64,000 nucleotides of DNA from a bacterium. GTDB taxonomy: Bacteria > UBA8248. The position numbers were made by a program, and so were the translations under genes. The first letter of the stretch is position 1; each line of letters begins with the position of its first letter. Location: NCBI GenBank assembly GCA_965199855.1, contig OZ241326.1, forward strand, positions 576,001 to 640,000. The letters are read 5' to 3'. Shown here piece after piece: positions 21,158-30,742 of the stretch. The notes under the pieces were generated by a model. That model saw only the letters and a list, made by a program, of their open reading frames with translations. It did not search any database and was not told the origin of the DNA.

Positions 21158-21777
21158 GCGATGAGGCGCGGCTGCGCGAGGCGGCGGACAGGCTGGAGAT
21201 GACGGAGGCGTCCATGCTCTCTCTCGCCTGCCGCGACGCGGGCGACTGGGAGAATCTGCTGGACTGCTTCCACCCGGACGCGGAGATCGCCACCTCGTGG
21301 TTCTCGGGGCGCGCGCGCGAGTTCATCGAGGAGTCGCGCCGCATGATGGGCGGCCACCACGCGGGGGATTCCCAGAAGCACGCGGCGGGCAGCGTCCGCG
21401 CCCGGGCGCGCGGCGCGCGCGGCGTCTGCGAGTATTACGTCGTCCTGCATCAGCGGCGGACGCTGGACGGCTTCGAGTTCGACTTCTCCACCTGGAGCAG
21501 CGTGGTGGACTTCCACGAGCGGAGAGGCGGGCGGTGGCGCATCGCCCGGCGCGCGACGATCTACGAGAAGGACCGCATGGACCCCCACAGGCCGGGCGAG
21601 GCGCCTGCCTCGTATTTCGAGGCGATGGACCTCGCGCCCTACCCCAAAGCGCTTCGCTACCACTGCTGGCGCAACGAGAGGTTCAGCGGCCGCCCGCCGG
21701 GGGAGAATCTCATCCTCGAGGGAACCGACGCGTCGCGGCGGGTGCGGGAGGAAGCCCGCCTGTGGCTGGCGGGCTAA
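21154..21777 (+). CDS. NTF2/SnoaL-like domain protein
   Basis: RDAGDWENLLDCFHPDA..WRIARRATIYEKD; ATGA overlap with BVMO. Confidence 0.8.
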   Translation: MSDEARLREAADRLEMTEASMLSLACRDAGDWENLLDCFHPDAEIATSWFSGRAREFIEESRRMMGGHHAGDSQKHAAGSVRARARGARGVCEYYVVLHQRRTLDGFEFDFSTWSSVVDFHERRGGRWRIARRATIYEKDRMDPHRPGEAPASYFEAMDLAPYPKALRYHCWRNERFSGRPPGENLILEGTDASRRVREEARLWLAG

Positions 21778-21982
21778 AGAGGTTCGAGTCGGAACGATGA
21801 AAATCCCGGTTAGTTCGTCAAAATGTCAAGAGCAATACATTCAGAAAGAAATTTTTAATGCCTGTGAATTGTCCAATCTGCCAAAAACATGTAAATTACA
21901 AGAAAAATTAGCAAATATATTGAATTTGGAGTATATTGCGACATGGCAAACGGTTTTTATTTCGTGGAAAAAGGAGGGCCAA

Positions 21983-22249
21983 ATGGAAAATTTCGATCAA
22001 AAAAATCCAAAAATTAAGTCGGGAGAATCGCCATCAAAGCGCGAAAAATTCATAGAACTAGCGGAGAAGCGGACCATCAACGCACTCAAAGCCATTCGGG
22101 TGCTCAGCAAGCTAGGAAATCGTAATGCCTATGATTACAACGACGCAGATGTCAAAAAGATTGTCAAAGCCCTCATAGATGAAATTGAAGCTTTGAAAGT
22201 GCGCATGAATAATACCAAGGGCTCTGATGGTATTGATTTCAAGCTCTAA
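21983..22249 (+). CDS. 88-aa small helical hypothetical protein
   Basis: RBS AAGGAGG before ATG 21983; KREKFIELAEKRT..LGNRNAYDY..DVKKI pattern. Confidence 0.8.
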   Translation: MENFDQKNPKIKSGESPSKREKFIELAEKRTINALKAIRVLSKLGNRNAYDYNDADVKKIVKALIDEIEALKVRMNNTKGSDGIDFKL

Positions 22250-22269
22250 ATTTTAGGGATAGTAAAGGC

Positions 22270-24813
22270 ATGGAAGACAATTATAAATTGTGTCATGAGC
22301 TACTTTCTTGCGATAGCGAATCAGACGTTATTTTGCTCCTTAAAGAGAGGGGATATTGGGACAAACCGGAACTGTGGCGCTTTTACGGCGATGTTGAAAA
22401 CAATTGGGGGCAAAGCGGCAATCAGATGAAGTTGGCCGAAGTTGCCCTAGTGGAAAAAATTGTCAATTCTGTTGATGCTCGTCTTACCAATGAATGTCTT
22501 ATACGTGGGATCGATCCTGCTGGCCCTAATGCTCCGAAGTCGATCCAAGAAGCAGTCGCACGTTTTTTTGCTAATGGTACGGGGAGTCGGGTTGCAACTG
22601 GTGGCCTGATTGAAAATTGGGGTGATATTAAAATCCGAGAAGTTGCAGAGGGAATCACTTTTTGTGTCACGGGTGTCCGGCCTGAACAGCTTAGCATCAC
22701 GATTGCTGATTGTGGAGAAGGGCAGACGCCGAACCTCTTCCCTGATACGATTTTGTCCCTTAGTAAAAGCAACAAGATGTATATCCCCTTTGTCCAGGGG
22801 CAATTCAACCAGGGTGGGAGTGGCGTCCTTCGTTTTTGTGGAGAAAAGAATTTTCAACTTGTGGTTAGTAGGCGAAATCCTAAACTCCTAAAGAAGGATA
22901 GCACTGAGAGAGATCAACAGTGGGGTTTTACTATCGTGCGGCGAGAACGTCCTTCTGGGAGTCGAAAAATATCTAGATACACCTATCTTGCGCCAGTAGG
23001 GGCCGATACGGACAAAAATGCCCACAAGGGTCGAGTTTTGTCGTTTGAGGCCGAGAGCTTCCGAGTGTTTCCGAACGACGATGGGCCGTATTCACGCGAG
23101 GCTATTTATGGAACCGCCGTCAAGATGTTTGATTACCGGTATCTGGGTGAGAAATCGAACATTTTGCGAGGCAATAGTTTGCTCAGCCGTCTCGATCTTC
23201 GGTTGCCTAAGATTGCTTTGCCTGTCCGACTCTATGAATACAGAAAGAGTAAAAAGGGCGACTTCCTAGATGTTGGGAGCCGACGAACGACCCTCTCGGG
23301 CTTGCAACGCCGCTTGGTGGGAAATCCGAATGTCGAGAGGAATTTTCCGATTTCCATCCCCCTCTATCTTGAGGGGGAGGAATTCATTGTGCACATCTTT
23401 GTATTTAGGCTAGAGGGAGCAACTAACGAGAAAAACGGGAAAAACAAAAATGCAAAATCTAAGAAGCGCGGCGGCTCGAGAAGTTATCGTAGGCGGGAAG
23501 GTGTAGTCTTCGTGCAAAATGGTCAGACTCAGGGCGATTTGCCAAAGGATTTCTTCCGGCGTGATGCGGTAAAGATGAAATCTATCGCTGATGATCTTCT
23601 GGTCTTTGTCGAATGTGATGGGTTGAGCGACGTTGCTCGTGAAGATTTGTTTATGTCGAGTCGAGATCGCCTCGTCGAGAGTGCCTTCAAACAATCTTTG
23701 GTTGCCCGTTTAGAGCAAAGCATCCGCGATTGTCAGGAATTAAGGGATCTCCGAAATCAAAGACAGCAAGAGCGGATGAGCGAGCACGTGAAAGAGGAGC
23801 AACCATTTGTTGATGTGTTGCAATCGTTGATGAAAAATTCACCGAACCTCAAAACGCTACTTCAGTTGGGAGGTCGGATATCGGCATCCTTTGATACTCG
23901 ACCAACCGGTTCCGACAAAAAGAAAGAATTCAAGGGAGAGTTCTATCCGAATTATTTTAAGACCAAGGGAGTTGAATACGGAGTTACGTTTAAGCGTCTA
24001 TGTCCCATCAATCGAAGTATGCGGCTTATTTTCGAGACTGACGCACGGGACGATTACTTTACTCGCTCGGCAGAGCGCGGGGTTTTCACGCCGACCTGGA
24101 TCGCTAAGGACGGTAAAAAGCGGAAGGTTAGCTTAAGTGGCCCGAGGCTCAAGAGTGGTATTGCAACTGTCATGCTGGATCTGCCGGATGATGTGACCGT
24201 AGGCGATGACATCGAGTTCATCGCGCTTGTGAATGATACACTCAGTGAGTTCGAAAATCGCACCGTAGTGAGCGTGAAGCCCAAGACAAAGATTAAAGAC
24301 AATCCTTCTGGTTCTTCCAAGTCCCCCAGACGGCCTGGTCCGGAGGATGGCAAGCGGCGAGAACAACCTTTGGCGCTTTCTCCACCTAGGATCAAACGCG
24401 TTTATCGAAAAGAATGGGATAACGAAGGCTTCGATGCGTTTACCGCTATGAAGGTAGAGCACCTTTCTTACCTTGAAGATGAAGAAGCGGAACTCTACAT
24501 CTTCAAGGTGAATATGGACAATGCCCCTCTCGAAAACGAAGCTAAGCAAAAACGCCTGGATAGCAATCAGTACAACCTACTTCGTCAACAATTTCTTTAT
24601 GCGAATGTTCTGATAGGTCTCTCGCTTCTGCTTGATGAGAAACAAAACAAACCACAGAAAGAAGCAGAAGGGGAGGTCCTTCAAGAGAGTGTCGAAGAAC
24701 GCATCAACAGTATGTGTCGTGCACTGGCGCCTTTCCTACCTGCTCTTATTTCTCTCCGGACGGAAGATATTCAGGCTGACGATCAGTTTGAGGGTTTAGA
24801 GGAGGCTGTATAG
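22270..24813 (+). CDS. GHKL (MORC/Hsp90/MutL-like) ATPase-domain protein, 847 aa
   Basis: Bergerat motifs: EKIVNSVDA, ITIADCGEG, SKSNK, GQFNQGGSG, later GTAVK. Confidence 0.8.
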   Translation: MEDNYKLCHELLSCDSESDVILLLKERGYWDKPELWRFYGDVENNWGQSGNQMKLAEVALVEKIVNSVDARLTNECLIRGIDPAGPNAPKSIQEAVARFFANGTGSRVATGGLIENWGDIKIREVAEGITFCVTGVRPEQLSITIADCGEGQTPNLFPDTILSLSKSNKMYIPFVQGQFNQGGSGVLRFCGEKNFQLVVSRRNPKLLKKDSTERDQQWGFTIVRRERPSGSRKISRYTYLAPVGADTDKNAHKGRVLSFEAESFRVFPNDDGPYSREAIYGTAVKMFDYRYLGEKSNILRGNSLLSRLDLRLPKIALPVRLYEYRKSKKGDFLDVGSRRTTLSGLQRRLVGNPNVERNFPISIPLYLEGEEFIVHIFVFRLEGATNEKNGKNKNAKSKKRGGSRSYRRREGVVFVQNGQTQGDLPKDFFRRDAVKMKSIADDLLVFVECDGLSDVAREDLFMSSRDRLVESAFKQSLVARLEQSIRDCQELRDLRNQRQQERMSEHVKEEQPFVDVLQSLMKNSPNLKTLLQLGGRISASFDTRPTGSDKKKEFKGEFYPNYFKTKGVEYGVTFKRLCPINRSMRLIFETDARDDYFTRSAERGVFTPTWIAKDGKKRKVSLSGPRLKSGIATVMLDLPDDVTVGDDIEFIALVNDTLSEFENRTVVSVKPKTKIKDNPSGSSKSPRRPGPEDGKRREQPLALSPPRIKRVYRKEWDNEGFDAFTAMKVEHLSYLEDEEAELYIFKVNMDNAPLENEAKQKRLDSNQYNLLRQQFLYANVLIGLSLLLDEKQNKPQKEAEGEVLQESVEERINSMCRALAPFLPALISLRTEDIQADDQFEGLEEAV

Positions 24814-24815
24814 CT

Positions 24816-26042
24816 TCATCTTATTCGGTGGATCAAAACAACCTCTCGTGCGCCGGGAGAGCGTGATTTTTGTTGAGCGTGCCATTTCCGGTTGGGCACA
24901 TTGCGCCAAAGGCGGCCGTCGCCCGTTTGGATGTTCCAGGGCAATTCCTCGCGCAATCCGCAATGTTCCATAACTTTAAGGTATTGAGGGAGTTGCCAGG
25001 CCGCTTCTGAAAACGCGACCATCTGAACTATGGTTGTTTCTTGACCGGCTATCCGCGCTACGGACTTAAAAGATGCTTCCAAGTTGTCAAAGTACGATCT
25101 TAGTTTTGGATTTTTTCTGTCTCCCATTGTGTAATAGGATGACCCAAATCCATCAAGTGTGCCTGTGATCCAGAACGGTGCGGGCGTTTCACGCCGACCA
25201 TCCACTTGCCATCGGTGATAGATAACGTGGATACCAGGATAAGGCGGCGAAGTGATAATGAGCTTCGGGGGAGATATGCGTTTTACAATGCTTTCAGTTT
25301 CTGCTCCGACAATGCTCCTATTTAAGCAGATTACCCGCGGTTGCGGGAAATTGTCCGCTCTATTGATTTTCACACGAAATGTTAAAGTGTCCTCTAGCAT
25401 CGTTTTAGCTAAGCGATGAAGTTCCCTGCGAAAGCGGGGAATTGAAGGGCGAATCTTTCGGGCGTCAAGTGCCCATTGGGCCGTGCGCAGCACAGTGCAA
25501 CGGGCTAAGGTTTGCGCTCCCTTGCATCGAAGTTTTTGCACCGAAGCTAGGCATTGCTCAATCGCCTTGCGGAATCGCCAGGACGACCGATCTTCGAGGT
25601 TCTTGTAATAGCCTGCATCGGCATAATTCTCAAAATAGAAGCTAGGTGCGTGCATGTTCACGGTGCTTGATAGGCGATTCATCCACCGTCGGAATTCTTT
25701 GACATCCCGATCAGTCAAGATGAGCGTTTTCGCTTTGCAAACAAACTTGGCTAGCGAACTAATATCAATACCGAGCGCGTTGCGCCCCGAGGCTACAGCT
25801 TCGACTAGCGTAGTGCCGCCCCCGACGAAGGGATCAATAATCCAGTCTCCTGGTTCTGAAAACACCTCGATTACTCTCCTCGCGAAGACAGGTGAAAATC
25901 TGGCGGGGTAGCGATAGAAATTGTGAGTCAGGCCCGTTATTCGTTTAGGACATCGCGCCGCTAGGATGATTTTCTCAAGATTTGCTTGGATGCATTCGGA
26001 TTCTGGATCAAATTTGTTCATTCTTTCCTTTCGTTTGCTCAA
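24816..26042 (-). CDS. DNA methyltransferase, N4-cytosine/N6 type (alpha motif order)
   Basis: HNFYRYPARF, DPFVGGGTT (motif I), TSPPY (motif IV); start TTG 26042 or ATG 26021. Confidence 0.88.
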   Translation of the reverse strand: MSKRKERMNKFDPESECIQANLEKIILAARCPKRITGLTHNFYRYPARFSPVFARRVIEVFSEPGDWIIDPFVGGGTTLVEAVASGRNALGIDISSLAKFVCKAKTLILTDRDVKEFRRWMNRLSSTVNMHAPSFYFENYADAGYYKNLEDRSSWRFRKAIEQCLASVQKLRCKGAQTLARCTVLRTAQWALDARKIRPSIPRFRRELHRLAKTMLEDTLTFRVKINRADNFPQPRVICLNRSIVGAETESIVKRISPPKLIITSPPYPGIHVIYHRWQVDGRRETPAPFWITGTLDGFGSSYYTMGDRKNPKLRSYFDNLEASFKSVARIAGQETTIVQMVAFSEAAWQLPQYLKVMEHCGLREELPWNIQTGDGRLWRNVPNRKWHAQQKSRSPGAREVVLIHRIR

Positions 26043-26209
26043 CGATAGCGGGAGATGAGCCTATCCCTTTTTGAAGCGACCCTAGGCTAGTAGAGTTCGC
26101 TTTTACTTTCGATTATTAAAGCCTCACAGCAATTCCTCATAAATCCTTTTCATGTCGGCCGCTGGAATGCGGCGCGGCTTTCCGCGTCATTTTTCACCGG
26201 ACGCGGCGC

Positions 26210-27250
26210 TCAGCCCCGGTCCGCTTCGGCGATTTTCGTCCGGAGGAGATCGTAGTTCGCGCGGCCCATCCTGACCTCGCCGTCGTCGATCATCCGGGCG
26301 ATTTCGGCCACCGCGTCGTTGCAGGGGGAGGGAACGCCGAGTTCCTTCGCCCGGCGCGACACGAGCCCGCTGATGTAGGCCATCTCGCTCCTGCGGCCCT
26401 TGATGTGATCCTGAATCGGGGCGGTGCGCGAGCGCGGCCCCACGTGGCCCAGCAGCGTCTTCATGGCGGTGACCAGCACCTGATCGTCGGCGCCCGCGAA
26501 GTCGTCCGCCGTCAGCCCGAAGACGGGCTCCACCCCATGGCCCAGCGCCTCGCCCACCGCCATCGCCTCTTTTCCGAGCCTGACCGAGACGTCGATGATG
26601 CCCGGCAGCTCCCGGGCCTCCGCGTTCCTGAGGCCCAGCAGGCCGAAGGGCCCCATCGTCATGCAGTTGGCGATCAGCTTCGTCCACTTGACGCCCTCGA
26701 TATTGGGGGTGAGTTCGGTCACGCCGACGTGGGCGATGAGGGCGCGAACCTCCTCCGCGCGCGGCGTGAGCGACCCGTCCAGCTCCCCCACGGCGAACCA
26801 GGTGCCCTTGCGGGGGGTGTTCCGCTGGATGAAGCCGGGCGTGAAGATTTCCGCGGAGAGCTCCACGCAGCAGCCCACCACGCGCTCGCGCCCGATGACG
26901 GAGGCGATGGTCTCGTTGTTCATGCTGTTCTGCACCCCGACGAAGACGCCATCGCCCTTGAGGTAGGGCTCGATGAGTTCGCACGCCCATCGGGTGTCGA
27001 AGGATTTGACGATCAGCAGAACGACGTCGAATTTCATCCTGAGCGAGGCCAGCTCGCAAAGATGGCGCGCGCGGACGGGGACGCGCAGGTCCAGGCCCGG
27101 CATCTCCACGCGCAGCCCCTCTTCGCGCATCGCCTCCACGTGCTGCGGCCACTGGTCGATGACGACGACGTCGAGGCCCGCGTCGATCAGGTCGGCCGCC
27201 ACGCTGCCGCCGATGGCGCCCGCGCCCAGGACGGCGATTTTCCCGTTCAT
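26210..27250 (-). CDS. Ketopantoate reductase (PanE/ApbA) family oxidoreductase
   Basis: GAGAIGG, VKSFDT, QNS, KWTKLIAN, QDHIKGRRSE..ISG. Confidence 0.88.
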   Translation of the reverse strand: MNGKIAVLGAGAIGGSVAADLIDAGLDVVVIDQWPQHVEAMREEGLRVEMPGLDLRVPVRARHLCELASLRMKFDVVLLIVKSFDTRWACELIEPYLKGDGVFVGVQNSMNNETIASVIGRERVVGCCVELSAEIFTPGFIQRNTPRKGTWFAVGELDGSLTPRAEEVRALIAHVGVTELTPNIEGVKWTKLIANCMTMGPFGLLGLRNAEARELPGIIDVSVRLGKEAMAVGEALGHGVEPVFGLTADDFAGADDQVLVTAMKTLLGHVGPRSRTAPIQDHIKGRRSEMAYISGLVSRRAKELGVPSPCNDAVAEIARMIDDGEVRMGRANYDLLRTKIAEADRG

Positions 27251-27395
27251 GTCTTCCCCTCGCCTTTCAGAGTCTCCCGCGCGAAAAGAATGGACGCGCC
27301 CGGCGGTCCGCGCGCGCGTCCGCCCGCTTCCCGATGCTCTTCGTCTCCGGCTTCCGGGAAAATTTCCCCGGCGCGAATCCTGGCCTCGCCGCGTC

Positions 27396-28571
27396 CTACA
27401 AATGCTTCATGGCGCGAACGCGCTGGGCCTGGTTGGTGCCGGCGGAGTGGAGGAAGCTGATGACGTCGCGCAGGTATTTCTCCATCGGCGCGTCCGTCGC
27501 GCAGCCCGCTCCGCCCCAGACCTCGAGAGCCCGGGAGGCGATGCGGCATCCGGCCTCGGAGGCGAACGCCTTGGCCATGTAGCCGAGCTTGGGGTCGTAG
27601 CCCTCCCGCATGGCGCGCCACGCGGCGTAGTGCAGGGTTCGCCGCGCGGCCTGGTATTCGATGAAGCAGTCCGCCAGCATGAAGCCCGCGCCCTGATGCT
27701 CGATGAGGGGCTTTCCGTCCTGAACCCTGGCTTTGGCGAACTCCAGCGCGTCCTCGTAGGCGGCGCGGGCGGGCCCCAGGGCCGTGGCGGCGGATTCGAT
27801 GACGGAGCCGCGCGAGAAGGGCCCCGAGCGCGCCGCCGCGCCCCCGCCCACCGGCGTGACGCGGCACGCGTCCGGCACGCGGCAGTCCTCGAAGAGGAGC
27901 TCGGCGTTTTGCGAGAGGCGCTGGCCCATCTTCTCGTGAATCCGCCCGATGGAGAAGCCCGCCATGTCCGGCGTCGCCATGAAGTAGGTGACGCCGCGCG
28001 AGGCGGCGACGCCCGGGTCCGTGCGGCAGACGATCACGTAGAGGCTGGCGACGCCCGCGTTGCTGATGTAGCGCTTCGTTCCGTTCAGAATCCAGTCCTC
28101 CCCGTCCCGGACGGCGCGCGTCTGGACGCCCAGCCCGGGGGCTTCTTCGGGGATGAAGTTCTCCGAGCCCGCCTCCGGCTCCGTCATCCCGACGGCGAGG
28201 TGGAAGCGGTGGTCGGCCAGAAACGCGGGCAGGAACCGCGCGCGCTGCGCCTCGCTCCAGACGGAGTCGAGAAAATGAATCACCTTCCAGGTCTGATCGA
28301 AGGTCACGGCCACGCCCAGGTCTCCCCAGCCGATCTCCTCCCCGACGACGCAGAGCGTCAGGATGTCGGCGCCGCCGCCGCCCCTCTCCTCGGGAACCGA
28401 GAGCGTTCTCAGGCCGAGCCTGCTTCCCGCCTCCAGGATGTCCCAGGGGAATCGCTCCCGCGGGTCCGCGATCCGCTCGCGTTCGAGGACGCGGGGCCGC
28501 AGCTCGCTTTTCGCGTAGCCGCGCGCGAGCCGCTGCAGCTCGAGCTGGGCCTTGGTGAGGCTCAGGTCCAT
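27396..28571 (-). CDS. Acyl-CoA dehydrogenase-fold flavoprotein
   Basis: MTEPEAGSE, WILNGTKRYISN, KMGQR, ARVQDGKPLIEHQ, VWGGAG, MEKYLRD. Confidence 0.9.
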   Translation of the reverse strand: MDLSLTKAQLELQRLARGYAKSELRPRVLERERIADPRERFPWDILEAGSRLGLRTLSVPEERGGGGADILTLCVVGEEIGWGDLGVAVTFDQTWKVIHFLDSVWSEAQRARFLPAFLADHRFHLAVGMTEPEAGSENFIPEEAPGLGVQTRAVRDGEDWILNGTKRYISNAGVASLYVIVCRTDPGVAASRGVTYFMATPDMAGFSIGRIHEKMGQRLSQNAELLFEDCRVPDACRVTPVGGGAAARSGPFSRGSVIESAATALGPARAAYEDALEFAKARVQDGKPLIEHQGAGFMLADCFIEYQAARRTLHYAAWRAMREGYDPKLGYMAKAFASEAGCRIASRALEVWGGAGCATDAPMEKYLRDVISFLHSAGTNQAQRVRAMKHL

Positions 28572-28582
28572 CGCGCGCGCCC

Positions 28583-29616
28583 TCAGTCCATCACGATGGC
28601 CGCGCGGCCGGTGACGCTTCCCGCCTCCAGGCGCTCGTGAACCTTTTCGGCCTCCTCCAGCCGGTAGGTTTCCGTGACCAGGGGCCAGACCTCTCCGCGC
28701 TCGCAAAGCGCCAGCGACTCGACGATCTCCTGCTTCGTGAAGGAGCGGCTGCCCATGACCTCCAGCTCCCCGTTCAGGAGGCGGCCGGCCGAGAGGCGGA
28801 ACGGCCTGGGCGTGAAGCCGCCCAGCGTCACCAGGCGCCCCCCCTTGCCGAGGGATTCGGCCGCGGCCTCGAGGGTCGCCTCCTGCGAGACGAAATCGAC
28901 GGCCACGTCCACGCCCGCTCCGTTCGTGAGTTCGAGAAGGGCTTCCGCGAGGCCGTCCCTCGAGGCGTCAACCGCCGCTTCCGCCCCGATTTCCCTGCAC
29001 TTGACGAGCTTCTCCGCGGAGACGTCCACGGCGATGACGCGCGCGTTCGCCCAGCGGGCGAGCATCACCATGTGCGCCCCCACGCCTCCGCCCGCGCCGA
29101 TGACGGCGACGGTCTCCATCGGCGCGATGCGCGCGCGGCGCACCACCTTGTAGGGGGTGACGACGGCGTCGCAGATGACGGCGACCTCCGCCGGATGCGC
29201 CCGGTGGTCCAGCCCTTCGGGCACGCGGATGTAGTTCCGCGCGGGCAGGTGACGTATTCCGCGTAGCCGCCGTCGCGGTGCCTGCCGACGAAGCCGGCCA
29301 TGTCGTCGCAGAGAGGCTCCCGGTTCACCCGGCACCAGCGGCACCGCCCGCACGTCAGGTAGCAGTGAAAGGTGACGATGTCGCCCGCCTTCACGCTCTC
29401 GACCCCCCGGCCCGTCTCGACGATTTCGCCCGCCACCTCGTGGCCGATGATGACGGGGTAGTCCGCCTCGACGCGGCCCGCGCGCGCGTGGTGAACCGTG
29501 AGGCCCGCGCCGCAGGCGAGGACGCGCGCCACGGCCTCGCCCGCCCCGGGCGTCGGGTCGGGGACGTCCTCGAAGGAAAAAGGCGCGCCCTTCTCCCTCA
29601 GCACCATGGCCTTCAT
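28583..29616 (-). pseudogene. Zn-dependent alcohol dehydrogenase (MDR) with a one-base frameshift near 29249 (real or assembly error)
   Basis: N-half (GHEVAG, CGRCRWC..C) in ORF 29065-29616, C-half (LPARNY..GAGGGVG..GRAAI) in ORF 28583-29353. Confidence 0.8.
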
Positions 29617-29638
29617 GGGGATATCTCCTTCCGGTGCC

Positions 29639-30550
29639 TCACGCTCCCTCCAGGGCGGCGAGGGACTTCGCGGCCCAGTCGCAGCCCACCTGGCTCGCCC
29701 ACAGGTCCATCAGTTTCTGGGTGACGGGGCCGGGCGCGCCGCGCGCCATCCTCGTCCCGTCGATGGAGGAAACCGGAAGGATGCAGATGCTGTTTCCGGT
29801 GTGGAAGGCCTCGTCCGCCACCAGCAGATCGTAGCGCGTGAGGTTCGCCTCCCGCACCGGGACGCCGAGCTCCTTCGCCATGTCGATGACGTGGGCGCGC
29901 GTGACGCCGGCCAGGCAGTTTCTCTCCGTGGGCGTGAGCAGCTCCCCGTCCCGCACGAAGAAGCAGTTGTAGCTCGGCCCCTCGGCGACGAAGCCGCTCA
30001 CGTCGAGCATGATGGCCCAGGCGTCCGCCTCCTGCGCCTGAAACTCGGCCTGGACGTGGTTCATCTTGTTGCCCACCTTGGCGCGCGGCTCGACGCACTC
30101 GGGCGGAATGCGGCGCACGCCGGAGACGATCGAGCGCACCCCCTCCCTGTAGCCGCGGGCGAAGCGCGAATAGTCCATCGGCAGGGTGAAGATGACCACG
30201 GTGTGCGCCCCGCGCGTGTGGGTGGCGGAGGAGCTGACGCCGCCGCCCCGGGTGACCCAGTGGTTGACGCGGAACTCCTCCCCCTCGCCATACGCGGAGC
30301 GGTTGCGCTCGATGAGCTCCATCGTGAGGGCTTCCATTTCGTCCGCGCTCATGCCGGGGTCGAGCCGCGCGTATCGGCAGGAGAGATAGAGCCTGTCGAT
30401 GTGCGACCGGAGCCGCCAGGGGCGGCCGTTGAAGGTGCGCGAAGCGTCATACACGCTGTCGCCGTAGAGAAAGCCGCGGTCCAGGATGGAGACGCTCGCT
30501 TCGGATTCCGGGACGAAGCGGCCTTTGACGCAGGCGATTCTCTCGCTCAT
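29639..30550 (-). CDS. Class IV PLP aminotransferase (BCAT/D-amino acid AT/PabC family)
   Basis: DRGFLYGDSVYD, HIDRLY.S, RAKVGN, EGPSYNCF, LAGVTR, DEAFHTG; true gene is the 3' part of the 1395-aa ORF. Confidence 0.9.
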   Translation of the reverse strand: MSERIACVKGRFVPESEASVSILDRGFLYGDSVYDASRTFNGRPWRLRSHIDRLYLSCRYARLDPGMSADEMEALTMELIERNRSAYGEGEEFRVNHWVTRGGGVSSSATHTRGAHTVVIFTLPMDYSRFARGYREGVRSIVSGVRRIPPECVEPRAKVGNKMNHVQAEFQAQEADAWAIMLDVSGFVAEGPSYNCFFVRDGELLTPTERNCLAGVTRAHVIDMAKELGVPVREANLTRYDLLVADEAFHTGNSICILPVSSIDGTRMARGAPGPVTQKLMDLWASQVGCDWAAKSLAALEGA

Positions 30551-30742
30551 GGGCAGGTTCTCCTCGCTTTTCGCCATCCTATCACCGATCGCGCGGGCGC
30601 GCATCATCCGGCGAGGGAGGCGCGCCACCGGGGGGAGGGGAAATCGGGAACGAAGCGGAGTCGTCAAAAGGTCGGGAAAAGGCCGTGAATTTGTCGAAAT
30701 TCGCAGGCTTCGTCCGGGCGGCGGCGCCGGCCTGAACGAGGG

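Larger units (their letters stand above)
21780..26160. mobile_element. Low-GC horizontally acquired islet (three genes), no integrase seen
   Basis: Abrupt switch to AT-rich sequence and codon usage after 21777, returning to high GC near 26160. Confidence 0.8.

Noticed and set aside
21781-21790. GGTTCGAGTC tRNA T-loop-like att remnant at island edge
   Set aside because: Only 10 bp, no matching repeat at the other boundary, no integrase
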